In this document: positions 9,821-20,800 of the stretch, piece after piece | Layout of the letters: every line of letters starts with the position of its first letter | Numbering within the stretch: the stretch's first letter is position 1 | IMG/VR virus record: IMGVR_UViG_3300042351_000704 | Span: 45,552 to 109,551 of that record | Source: a virus | Length of the DNA stretch: 64,000 nt | Reading direction: 5' to 3' (one strand) | The notes under the pieces: model-generated | Databases searched by the model: none | What the model saw: the letters and a program-made list of their open reading frames with translations, nothing else | What the model was told of the DNA's origin: nothing | Translations under genes and position numbers: made by a program

Positions 9821-11260
9821 ATGGCAACATTTATACAAGGCGTTACTGATGTCTTCTCAGACAGGCTAAACTTCAAACCGGATTGGAACCGGGTTGAGCG
9901 TGGTCTTATGCTCAGAAGTGCCGCTTATACAGAAGGTGCACGTAAAGTGAAATCACTGTATGAATCTGTATTCCAGTCAGCAATGATGAGGGAAGGCAAT
10001 ATTCAGAGACGTGATAACTATCTCAAAGAAATATCCCAGGGTTTGAAGAATGCTTCTACGCTGGATCTATCTATTCTGCAAAATCAGGAGAACGCTATGC
10101 GTTTGTTTGAACCATTACAAAATGACAGACAGATCATTAAAGACATCCTGTGGACCCGTAACTACGGCAAGCAGATGAGTATGGCTGAAGAGATGAAAAC
10201 ATCCAACGATCCGGAGACCAGACGTAAGTACTGGAACACTGGTATGAAGTATTTACAATACCAGGCGGAAGACTTTCAAAAAGCAGATGACAACACCGCA
10301 CTTTCTATGGGAAGTGCACGCTACGTTCCTAACGTGGATCTGGTAACGCTTGCTAACAAGATGTACAAAGACATGGGTATCAGTGTTGAGCAGGACGTTA
10401 TGAAAGGTGGTTACATCTGGACCAAGAAGAACGGAGATCTGGCTATACCACTCACGCAGTCTATGGTAAATACAATGTTTGCCGGTGATCCTGCTATACA
10501 AGATATGTTCCGTGTACAAGCTTATGTACAACGTAAAGACTTTGTAAAAGAGAACGCTACCAAATACGGCAGTGAAGAAGCAGCAGAAAGATTTTATAAC
10601 AACGAGATCTTATCTACTGTGGGTGCTGCTCAGAAAGACCAGGTGATTAATGATTCTGAAGAAGTAAAAACACTCAGAGCCCGCAAAGCATCATGGGATA
10701 AAATAATCACTACCAGAGGTATTATACCGGATAGTGATGAGCATAAAAAATACCTGACTGATTTGGAGAAACTAAAAGAAGCTGAAAGAGCTGCTAACAT
10801 CAGTCGTGGTCAGGCTACAGTACTTACTACAGTGGACCCCAATAACCTAGACGATTTACGTACAGCTGCTGATGCTGCTGTTGTTATGGCAAGTTATTCT
10901 AGCACAGCTAACAAAATTGCTACTATGCTGGCTTATAAAGATGCCAGCGCCACTGCAAAAGCAGATCCGATTTACATGGCTAAGCTTAACAGCTCTCTTG
11001 CTCTAAACCGATCTATGGTGATGGAGAACATTCGTCACATCAATAAGATTGCTTTTATGGACGAGCAGTTAAAGAGAGGTATTAAACCAGGTAGTGGTGG
11101 TGACAAGGATAAAAAAGAAGACCAGAAAAAACAGATGCTTCAACTGGGTGAATCACTGTTTGGTAATAGTGGCATCAAACCATCCGGAACCCTGAGTGTT
11201 GGTGGTGGTGGTGGCTCACTTGATCAGCAGTTAGATGAATTTTTAGATAACGATGATTAA
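9821..11260 (+). CDS. Helical virion internal/ejection protein (479 aa)
   Basis: Long ORF, helical composition, no Cys, first gene of the block leading to the RNAP. Confidence 0.6.
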   Translation: MATFIQGVTDVFSDRLNFKPDWNRVERGLMLRSAAYTEGARKVKSLYESVFQSAMMREGNIQRRDNYLKEISQGLKNASTLDLSILQNQENAMRLFEPLQNDRQIIKDILWTRNYGKQMSMAEEMKTSNDPETRRKYWNTGMKYLQYQAEDFQKADDNTALSMGSARYVPNVDLVTLANKMYKDMGISVEQDVMKGGYIWTKKNGDLAIPLTQSMVNTMFAGDPAIQDMFRVQAYVQRKDFVKENATKYGSEEAAERFYNNEILSTVGAAQKDQVINDSEEVKTLRARKASWDKIITTRGIIPDSDEHKKYLTDLEKLKEAERAANISRGQATVLTTVDPNNLDDLRTAADAAVVMASYSSTANKIATMLAYKDASATAKADPIYMAKLNSSLALNRSMVMENIRHINKIAFMDEQLKRGIKPGSGGDKDKKEDQKKQMLQLGESLFGNSGIKPSGTLSVGGGGGSLDQQLDEFLDNDD

Positions 11261-11270
11261 TAAATACTAG

Positions 11271-12992
11271 ATGGAACTTATAGAAGAAACACAAACGGGG
11301 CCAGGGGATCCTGTCAAAGGAAGCACCAGTACAAAGGTGGACAACACCCCTTTGTTTCAAGCTAATACCAGCTATCTGCAAGATAAACGCAACGGCTACA
11401 ATCAGCAGTTGAGTAAGTTTATTACAGAAGCATTCCAAGCTTCTAGAACCTTACCAAAGGTAAATGGCAAACCTATTGCCAGTATAGATCAACTTCCAAC
11501 TCTTATAGATAAATACGGACATGACTTTTATGAACAGGCTAAATCAGTGCTGAGCAATCCTGACATCTCTGATGAGCAGGCTATGTTTCTCATTGCCCGT
11601 CAGAAAAAAGTAGATGATGCTTTTGCCTACACCGCACAGGCGAGTAAGGTTATGTATGATGATATTAAGAATGCAGCTTCTACTATGGATGCAAAGATGA
11701 AAGTGAATGGCTGGCATAGCTTAATACTTAGTCCGAATGGTCAGTTTAAAGGACCTACTCAGGCTAGAAAAGATATTGAAGCGTTCAAAGCTCAACAGAT
11801 GAAAGAGCAAATGGAAGCTTGGAGAAAAGCCAATCCTATGCCGGAAAGAGGACCACTGTATTGGCAACGTACAGATATGCCTAACCCTATGCAAGGTCAA
11901 ATAGCCTGGGTTGATGGTAAACCAGTTATGCTAGATAGCAGACCAAAAATGGCCAACAGTGTGGAAGGTTATCTAGAAAAACAACAATTGCAACAAAGTC
12001 AGGTGACAAGACAGCTACAAAACCTGAACTATGATGACATATACAAAAGAGTGTTGCAAGAATATAACAAGAACCCCAAGACCCGTAAGATCAAAGCTGC
12101 TGAAGAAAACATTTTCAACCAGAATGCGGGTGGTGCCAAAGCAACCTTACAACAGCAGGAGTACCGTTTTGACGTAGACAACTACGTTGATGAAGATGAG
12201 CGTGGTAACATGAAGCTCAAACCAGAAATGGAATACACAGTAGATCTGTTAAAAAACATTACAAAGGAAAACCCTAAGATATTGTTTGCAAAAGGGTCTA
12301 TCAATGATAATCCGGTAATTCCTAGTGGATCTGATGTGACATCTATGAAGATGGTACAGACTATGCTACAGGCTTTACAAGAAGATCTTTTAAATGTTAA
12401 CCGTACCAAAGGAAGTAAGAAACGCTTTGCTGGTAGCATTTCATTTGTACCTGTTGCAGGGGGAGATGAAAACTATCATGCTTATCATATACAACCTAAC
12501 AGTTCTTTCTTTGATGACTACATAGGTACCAAAGAAAACCCTGGTATTGCTCGTGGTCAGAACTTTATCAATAGTGGTATTACTGTGTTTGTTCCGGTAG
12601 AAGAAAGCGGAAAGATGAAGATAGGAGCTCAGTCAATAAAGGGCACTAAGATATCTCCTGTAGAAGGTATGATTGGTCTTAGTGAAGACAACAGCTTTTC
12701 AAGAAGAGTGGATGACGCCATGGAGTATAAGATCAGCCTGGACAAAAATGCTAACCAATATGTTATCAGTGGTAACATGGTAGTATATAATCCGGAGACA
12801 TCTAAGATGGATACAGTAGATATCAATAAACTTGGTTTACAGAGCCGCTATGATCTCACTGTAGATATTGATAATATCGATAAGCAACTATTCAAACTTT
12901 CTCTTAACAGGTTTCAGATAAACAGAGACCGTAAAAGAAAGCATTCAGAAATAAACGGGGTAAGAGATCCTAAACAGTTATCTGGAAATTAA
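11271..12992 (+). CDS. Virion internal/ejection protein (573 aa)
   Basis: Long ORF, no Cys, N-terminal GPGDPVK shared with the next protein. Confidence 0.55.
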   Translation: MELIEETQTGPGDPVKGSTSTKVDNTPLFQANTSYLQDKRNGYNQQLSKFITEAFQASRTLPKVNGKPIASIDQLPTLIDKYGHDFYEQAKSVLSNPDISDEQAMFLIARQKKVDDAFAYTAQASKVMYDDIKNAASTMDAKMKVNGWHSLILSPNGQFKGPTQARKDIEAFKAQQMKEQMEAWRKANPMPERGPLYWQRTDMPNPMQGQIAWVDGKPVMLDSRPKMANSVEGYLEKQQLQQSQVTRQLQNLNYDDIYKRVLQEYNKNPKTRKIKAAEENIFNQNAGGAKATLQQQEYRFDVDNYVDEDERGNMKLKPEMEYTVDLLKNITKENPKILFAKGSINDNPVIPSGSDVTSMKMVQTMLQALQEDLLNVNRTKGSKKRFAGSISFVPVAGGDENYHAYHIQPNSSFFDDYIGTKENPGIARGQNFINSGITVFVPVEESGKMKIGAQSIKGTKISPVEGMIGLSEDNSFSRRVDDAMEYKISLDKNANQYVISGNMVVYNPETSKMDTVDINKLGLQSRYDLTVDIDNIDKQLFKLSLNRFQINRDRKRKHSEINGVRDPKQLSGN

Positions 12993-12994
12993 TT

Positions 12995-15900
12995 ATGACA
13001 GAGCAAGCATTAAATACCGTTGACACTGAGTCAATCAATACTGGTTTTGATCTGGAGGGTATTAATGACCCGATGGATGCACTGGGCAACTTTGACCTGG
13101 AACAAATGGAACAGGCAGACGGAGGTGGTCCTGGAGATCCTGTAAAGAAAAAGCCTGTGACTATGGCTGATCTGAAAAAGGATTACCAGATCGATATGCA
13201 GCAATCTAAAATGTTAGCAGAGATTGGTATTCCTAAGATGGCTGATGAAAGCCGTAATAAGTTTCAGGCTGCCAGAGTAGTTGAGTTTGATGCCAAGAAA
13301 CTAAACGTAGACCGTTACCTCGGTTATGGTAAAGAAACTTTTAATAAGGTGGGATTCTCTCCCTTTATAGATAACGAAGCAAAGTTTAATCAGAACACTA
13401 CGATCTGGCAGGACTTCGGTCGTATGAGTAGTGTGTTTGGAGCACTGGCCTATGAAGGTGGTGTATCAGGCTACCGATCTATTGGTGGCATGTTAAGTGG
13501 AGATAGTTTTTTTACTCCTGATGATGAGACAGCAGAAAACTTTGCGCGTTTGCAAAGTATTGGTATGTCTACCAAAGGAGGTATTAGCGCATTTGCCAAC
13601 AACTTTGCGTTGAACTCTGCTTATACAGTGGGGATTGGTATGAGCATTATAGCAGAAGAAGCTGCTCTTTTTGGTGCTACTGTATTGACAGAAGGTGCTA
13701 TGGGTGGTCTTGCTGCCATGAGAACATCAGCCAACGCAGCGCGTATGGGTAGAGCTTTGAAGCAAGCATTCAATACCAACGCTGTACAAAATATAGCCAC
13801 TGGAGGAATGCAACTGGCTAAATCACTATCTAAAGTGGGTGATGCAAAAAATTTCTACACTGCTGTAAAAACAGGAGCTACTACATTTGGTAAAGGAACT
13901 CTTCAATTTATCAATCCACTCACCCGTACAGTAGATGATCTCACTGACATTGCCAGAGGTAGTGCCAGTGTACGTAACATGAGCAACCTGGCAAAAGCCA
14001 AACAAACCTTTGGTTCTTTTTATCGTGATGTACGTGATACCAACCTGGCCCTTTCTGAATCAAAACTTGAGGGTGGTAGTGCAAAAATAGATAAGGTGAA
14101 CGAACTGCTGGCCCGTTATGAAAACGAAAACGGACGTCCTGCAGAAGGTAAAGATCTGGAAATGATCTACAAGCAGGCAGACGATACCGGACATGGTGTT
14201 ACGGCTGTTAACTTTCCTATTATATATATGACCAACCGTGTGGTGCTTGATGGTCTGTTTAAGTTCCGTGGATTAAAAACCCTGGATGAAGCAGGTACAC
14301 TGGCTACCAAAGGAATTGGTTTTAAAAAAGGCGTAGGCTTCTACGATGACCTGGGTAAAAGCTGGTTAAAGAATGGTGCCAAAAGCCTGCTTAAGCCGAA
14401 AGCTTACATCGGAATGGGTGTAGGTTATATCAGAAGAAACCTGATGGAAGGTGTGCAGGAAAACTTGCAGAACGTTACATCAGATGCAGTGGGTGCTTAC
14501 TATGATGGTGTATACAAAGATCGTACGTTAGGTGGATTTGAATATGCAGCCGGTCATGCATGGAACGCACTGGGTAAAGAAGTCACTTCTCTACGCGGAC
14601 TGGAAACCTTTGCATCCGGATTTTTAATGGGAGGTTTTATGGGTAAAGCCCAGAATCTTTTCTTAAAAGACGTACCGGGTATATATTACCGTGTTGGACA
14701 GCCTACCAAGTATGCAGAATACAAAGCAAACAAAGCAAAGACTAGACAAGAAGCAATTGCTGGTCTGAATGAACTATACAACAACCCGATGAAATATTTT
14801 AACTCCCGTAACGAAAGTGCGGTAGTACAAAAGCATACATCGGATGTAATGAACCAGGCAGAAGTTGAGGGTGACGCCAAGACATTCCAGGATGCTAAAG
14901 ACTTAAAGATGTTTGATCACATCTTTACTGCCCTGGATAACGGCACCTATGATAATTTACTAGGTGCTTACAAGGAACTATCTAAGATGGATTCCAAAGA
15001 CCTGGCTAATTTCCTGGGTATACCTGAAAGTGAAAAGTCGTCTGAGAAACTGCAGGAGATTCTGGGTCGTGCCGAGCAGATTAAAGAACGCTACGAAACT
15101 ATCAGCTCTCAGTTTAAAAACCCATTCACACCTACCAAACTTAAAAGAGGCACTCCTGAATTCACCAGGGAAGCTATTGCATTCAGAGCTTTTGAAAGTG
15201 CCAAGAAAACAGCAATTGCTTCACAGTACAACTTTGACAGAGCGCTGGAGAGAATGAATGGCCTGTATGATAACCTGGCTTCTGATCGTCCTATTGCCAA
15301 ATCATCTGCTTCTGATATCACTACCCTGACAAACATGGGTATTTTAGATGATGAGATCAGTTTGCTGGATAAAGAGATTAAGTCTTATGATGGCAGCTCT
15401 GATAAAAAACAACAGGAGCTGGTTGATCAAAAGAAAGAAAAGCTGGACAGGCTGATGGACTACAGAGACAAACTCCGTACGCACCTGGAAAATGCTAGCC
15501 AGGCAGAAACAGAAGAGGATGGTCAGATCAAGATTAACTTTGCACAAGACACAGTGGATCCGTTAAAGGAAAGTTACAAAGCTTACCTGCGTCATATTGC
15601 AAAGGTGAATGAAGACTACATGTTTAACGACAAGGTAGATGATTCATTTGCTAAACTACTAGACTACTATGGTCTGAATCAGGATGCAGCCAATTACAGC
15701 AAGGTGGTAAATACACTGCTGGATCCAACCAATCTATATAAACATGCAGAACAGTTGAACGCAAGATTTACTGATCTGTTTACCAACAAAGAAGCAGACA
15801 TCAACGATCGCGTAGAATCTGCACAGCGTATGATGGAAATGTCTGAGTTGGTAAAAGCTTTAGCTGCTCAGGGTGTCATGCTTGAACCTGCAGAACTCGA

Positions 15901-17887
15901 AGAGTTTGTAAAATCAGGTAAGAGACCTACTACATTTATTGATGCAGCTACACTAAAAGACCTGGAGCCTGGCAGCCAAAAGTTTATTGCAGCACAGGCT
16001 ATCATGAATATTGATCAGGAGATTACTACTCCAGATGTTACACCTGCTACGGAAACTGCCCCTGCTAGTACAGCAGCTGCACCAACCGCTGCTCCTGTGG
16101 AAGCTTCTGCATCCAATATAGATGTAGGCATAGAGCCTGAGTTACAGATCAAGCTGGAGGATGCGTTTAACCAGTTCGTAGAAGAGACCGGTTCAGAGAT
16201 GACTTTTGAGGACTTTGTAAAAGTATCACCAAGAGCAGCGCGTATCAAAACAGCATTCAATAAAGGTAAAGCCCCGGCTACCAAAACTACTACTGCTCCT
16301 GTTACAGAAACAACGCCTGCAGCTGCAGAGCCTGTAGCCGCTGATACAGAGGCTGATACACAGTTTGGAGAGAATATGTTAAGTGATTTAAAAAAGCTTA
16401 ACGATGATTTACAGCAAGGTGATACACAAGAAGAACAACCTGCTTCTACACCAGAAGCTCCTGTAAACTTAAATGCAGAGTTGGTAAAGACGTTAACAGA
16501 AGAAAGAGATCAAAAGCTTTCAGATCTAATGCCTCTCTACGCTACAGCTAGAAAGACTATGATGCAACTAGGGGATGAGGCTTTAGATCCAGAAGACCGT
16601 AATATTTTAGCAGATCCTGTTAAGTATTTAGAAGGTCGCATTGCACAAGGGGAATATAGCTTACAGCTAGATATAGATAAGTTAAAAGCACTTGATACTA
16701 ATAATCCTGATAATGCTAAGGAAGCTGAAAACTTACAACGTGATATTGATACAGAAAAAATTGTTTTAGAAAAGACAAACATTAAACTTGAAAAGATAAA
16801 AGCTGTAGTAGCTGAGTATAATGATAAGATGAGTAGAATAGGAGAAACTTCTGTTGCTACTACACCTACTCAAACAACTTCTGTAGAAATATCTTCTAAC
16901 GCCAAAGGTTTAGCTGCTGCTCTTACTAACCCAACCGAGCTGGCTAAAAAGAAAGGAAACTTAACAGCGTCTTATCCTGTAACTGTACGTGGAAAAGAAT
17001 ATGCTGATGCAGAGGCTGCTTACCAGGCGCTGAAAGGAACTGCTACCAAAGATGATGGTCCGAACAGCACCTACAATCTGATGGTGGAAATCTTGAAAGC
17101 TAAGCTAGAGCAACACCCTAGGCTTGTATCAGAAATAGATAAAGCTGGTGGTGAAAGCTGGTTGTCAAAAGCTACGCACCAACCTACTAATAAAAACACG
17201 GTTTGGGAAACAGGCGGTAAGAACTGGTTTATAAAAGCTCTTACAGAGGCGTATACTAGCACTAAAGAAACTCAGACTGTAGAAACAGCACCAACTGCTG
17301 CACAAAAAACTGGTGTCCAAACGGCCCAGGATCTAATAGATTCCGTATCTTCTATTAGGGACCTTCCTGACCTTAACAGAGCAGACAGCGGACCGGTTAC
17401 TATTGACCTGATAGAGCTAGTTTCTACCGGCCAAGTGAAGAGCAAGGACATCGTACCAATGCTTGTAAAAAAGCGTGCTGAACTTCTTAAGAACATTTCC
17501 CCAAGCGATCTACAAAAAGGTGATATTGTTACATTTGTAGACGGTAGAAAAGGCTTTGTAAAATCTGTTAGCCCTACAGAAGTCAGCGTAAAAATAGCAG
17601 GCTCCCCTTCAGGTGTTGCGGAGGTAATTTCCAGCCAAGCACTATCTTCTTCTATAGCAAATGTTGAACCCGGCAAAGCAATCTCAATGGAACCAACACC
17701 AGACATTGAAGTGACTCCTCAAGACAATACCGAGGTGAAAGCTTCTCAAGATACAAAGAGTGCCTTTACAGAAAACTCTGCTGCTGTAAAAGAAGCAGGA
17801 GACAAAGCTGCTAAGGCCGCAGGTACAGATAACCTGCAGAATCTAAATAACCTCATTCAGAACATAGGATGTAAAACAGGTAACTAA
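12995..17887 (+). CDS. Large ejection protein (1630 aa) with Gly/Ala-rich hydrophobic N-region and an inserted NADAR-like domain
   Basis: Hydrophobic GA-rich helices (VGIGMSIIAEEAALFGATVLTEGAMGGLAAM), coiled coils, NADAR-like segment at about 16880-17255. Sits immediately upstream of the RNAP. Confidence 0.7.
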   Translation: MTEQALNTVDTESINTGFDLEGINDPMDALGNFDLEQMEQADGGGPGDPVKKKPVTMADLKKDYQIDMQQSKMLAEIGIPKMADESRNKFQAARVVEFDAKKLNVDRYLGYGKETFNKVGFSPFIDNEAKFNQNTTIWQDFGRMSSVFGALAYEGGVSGYRSIGGMLSGDSFFTPDDETAENFARLQSIGMSTKGGISAFANNFALNSAYTVGIGMSIIAEEAALFGATVLTEGAMGGLAAMRTSANAARMGRALKQAFNTNAVQNIATGGMQLAKSLSKVGDAKNFYTAVKTGATTFGKGTLQFINPLTRTVDDLTDIARGSASVRNMSNLAKAKQTFGSFYRDVRDTNLALSESKLEGGSAKIDKVNELLARYENENGRPAEGKDLEMIYKQADDTGHGVTAVNFPIIYMTNRVVLDGLFKFRGLKTLDEAGTLATKGIGFKKGVGFYDDLGKSWLKNGAKSLLKPKAYIGMGVGYIRRNLMEGVQENLQNVTSDAVGAYYDGVYKDRTLGGFEYAAGHAWNALGKEVTSLRGLETFASGFLMGGFMGKAQNLFLKDVPGIYYRVGQPTKYAEYKANKAKTRQEAIAGLNELYNNPMKYFNSRNESAVVQKHTSDVMNQAEVEGDAKTFQDAKDLKMFDHIFTALDNGTYDNLLGAYKELSKMDSKDLANFLGIPESEKSSEKLQEILGRAEQIKERYETISSQFKNPFTPTKLKRGTPEFTREAIAFRAFESAKKTAIASQYNFDRALERMNGLYDNLASDRPIAKSSASDITTLTNMGILDDEISLLDKEIKSYDGSSDKKQQELVDQKKEKLDRLMDYRDKLRTHLENASQAETEEDGQIKINFAQDTVDPLKESYKAYLRHIAKVNEDYMFNDKVDDSFAKLLDYYGLNQDAANYSKVVNTLLDPTNLYKHAEQLNARFTDLFTNKEADINDRVESAQRMMEMSELVKALAAQGVMLEPAELEEFVKSGKRPTTFIDAATLKDLEPGSQKFIAAQAIMNIDQEITTPDVTPATETAPASTAAAPTAAPVEASASNIDVGIEPELQIKLEDAFNQFVEETGSEMTFEDFVKVSPRAARIKTAFNKGKAPATKTTTAPVTETTPAAAEPVAADTEADTQFGENMLSDLKKLNDDLQQGDTQEEQPASTPEAPVNLNAELVKTLTEERDQKLSDLMPLYATARKTMMQLGDEALDPEDRNILADPVKYLEGRIAQGEYSLQLDIDKLKALDTNNPDNAKEAENLQRDIDTEKIVLEKTNIKLEKIKAVVAEYNDKMSRIGETSVATTPTQTTSVEISSNAKGLAAALTNPTELAKKKGNLTASYPVTVRGKEYADAEAAYQALKGTATKDDGPNSTYNLMVEILKAKLEQHPRLVSEIDKAGGESWLSKATHQPTNKNTVWETGGKNWFIKALTEAYTSTKETQTVETAPTAAQKTGVQTAQDLIDSVSSIRDLPDLNRADSGPVTIDLIELVSTGQVKSKDIVPMLVKKRAELLKNISPSDLQKGDIVTFVDGRKGFVKSVSPTEVSVKIAGSPSGVAEVISSQALSSSIANVEPGKAISMEPTPDIEVTPQDNTEVKASQDTKSAFTENSAAVKEAGDKAAKAAGTDNLQNLNNLIQNIGCKTGN

Positions 17888-17889
17888 AC

Positions 17890-20800
17890 ATGGCTTGTAG
17901 ATTATCAGAAGATCAAATATCCGCATTATTCGGAGCTGTTCACGGTGACGTGATTGCTTCTAAGAACCGTGACGATAAGTTTAATGCATTACAAGCTATC
18001 AGAGACTTGTACAAAAAGTTAGTGGACGCTGGTGCCGAACCAGTAAATGCCCTAGATTATATCCAGCATATGCCTAGTATGCTATTGCTTAGCTATGCAA
18101 TGTTTGAAGACAGCAAAGCGCACATGCGTAAAAGCCAGGTGAACCTTTCTGAGCTGGATCAAATGGATGCAGACTTTACAGCCGATATACAAAACGTTGC
18201 CAAGTTCATCATGCCCGCTCAAGCCGGAGCTGAACTGGTAAAAGAGATCATAGAAGAAACTAATCCGTCTACCGGTGTACAACCTACCGAGGTGTATACA
18301 CAAGTAGAAGACCTGGACATACAAAAGAAAAAAGAGTTCTATCAATCAGAAACTTCTTTTGTGGCAGCTCCTGAAACAGCGCTGGCTGTATTTAACCAGG
18401 AAGCTAAAAACTATGATGGTGCTACCGCTGAACAAAACATCCCGGACCCTGATCCTATCAAGCGTGCTTACTATGCTGTGGTAAGAAAGCTGAACAACCT
18501 GATGAGCCAGTACAATCGCGAAACAGCGGACAACCTGACCCTGGGTAATGTAACCGGTATTTATTACAGACTGGTACCTGCCAGCAAGGTTGAATTTGAA
18601 GACCTGCAGCAATCAGATAAAGATTACTACTCTAAAGACGATAACCCGAACGCTCCGTTTGCAAAGACTTCCCAGCAAAAGATGGAAGCCCGCACTACAG
18701 GAGATGAAACCTATCTGGTATTCACCGACAAGGAAGGTAACATCCTTCGCTTCAATGAAGAAGGTGTACCGGTAGATAAGGCAAGTGGTGGTATGGTGGC
18801 ATACGGTAAACTCCGTAGACCTTACACACCAGCCAGAACCAACGAGGCTAAAGGCCAGGTGGCCGGTCAACGTATGGTGGGTCGTGTACAAACTGTCAAT
18901 GACCTTGTTCGTAAAGGACTGGGTACAATGGAAGAGCTTACCAAAGAGCGTGAGCAGGAAATGGACATCTTACAAAAGTCCAGAGAGTATGTGGTAAACA
19001 ATCCGGATGAAGTGTTACTGTTCTCTGTTATACCAGGTAAGAACGGTTACATAAAAGAAGACTTTTCTGCACCTAATCCTATCAGCTCTATCGAGCTCAC
19101 TGATGGCTTCAAACCGTTTGTTTCTAACCAGGATGCTGGTACACTGATTAAAGGTGGCGTATACTTCACTGTTCCTGGCTACGAGTTTCCATTACTGATC
19201 CGCAGACCAAAGTTTCAAAACATTCCGAACCTGGTAGATAACCTGGCGGATATGCTTTTTGGTTCAGAGGCTTCTAATAATGACAAGATCAAAACCGTTA
19301 AGCAGTTTACTTTTTCTAATGATACCAACGTGTATGAAGTAGAAGGCAAGCTGATGTTCAAACAAAACGGTAAAGAGCTGGAGGTAACACCAGAAAACAA
19401 AGAGGCGTTTATCAATACGCTGAATGGTCAAACCATTAACATCAATAAAGACCTGGTTGGTACAACGATTAACATGCCTGTCAACATGGACGGCAAGGTG
19501 ACTTTGCAACCAGAGCGTTACAATAACTTTTTATCAGATAACTTCTTTACGTTCCTGGCTAAAAACGATGATGGTAAGATTGTTAGCCTGAATGCATATA
19601 ATGTAATTGCTCCAACCGAGCAAACACAAACCAAGTTATTTGGTGAGGTGGCAACACCTGAAACCACTGCAAAAGAGTCTGCTTTAGAACAAGCTACTCC
19701 TTCTGATAACAGCATTGCTGATTTTAAGAGTTTACTGGAAAGCACAGACTTCAGTTTAAAGAAGTCTATGATGCTGGATAGCACCGCTACTCAGGAGCAG
19801 ATTGATGCTGCAGAGAAATGGTACAACAGTTCTCCTTACAGTAAGGTGGTGCCGTTTAGCGTTATGTTCAATGTAGTGAACTCAAATGCACTGGCTGAAT
19901 TCACAGTATCGGGCATTACACTTTACTCCGGATCTAACTTTACAGATCTTTACCACGAAGCATGGCACGCGTTTTCTCAGATGTTCTTAACCAAGGACCA
20001 GAAGAAAGCGTTGTACAACGAAGCACGTAAACTTACCGGCAGCTTCAAAACAGTAAGCGGGCAAACAGTTAAATATAGTGCTGCTTCTGACATGCAACTT
20101 GAAGAGTTTATGGCAGAAGATGTACGTAAGTATATTCTGTCTGATCGTCAGAACGTAATCAACGGACGCCCGGTACGTAATACATTATTCAGAAAGATCT
20201 TTACTTTTTTAAAGCAACTATTCAGCGGGTATAGTTTAAAAGACATTGCTGCTGACCGTACGGCTGTAAAAGGCATACAGGAGCTTTATGATAAGTTTTA
20301 TGTAGGTAATGTCAATGACTATACTCCTTCTATCAGGAACGTACAATTTGGTATTCTTAACAAAGGGGTAGAAGCGTTAGACACTGCTACAGACCAATCA
20401 CTGAACTACCAGGATTCTATGACCATGGTAGAAACCATTGACTCATTGATGGCATCGATTATCTCTGATGCAGGCAAGAGTGTGGGTTCTATATTTACCC
20501 GCCCTGAACTGATGGGTCCTTTATACAAGACCATAAAGAGTAAGTTACAGGATATAAAAAACAATACACCTGCTGAACAAGCCAATGTAAATCGTATCCT
20601 GGACTTTGCTTTAGCTAACTGGGGAGATTTCTCTAAGGTGGCTAATGGCGAAGAAGCTACTGGTATGATTGCTTTCCATAAGAAGAGAAGCTCTTACTTC
20701 ACGTTTGAAGACAGGATGGCTGAGATGGATGGCTTTGACCAGAAAGAAAATGAGCAGGCTGCAGACCAAAAAGATGCAGACAACCCACTGGCTAAAACCG

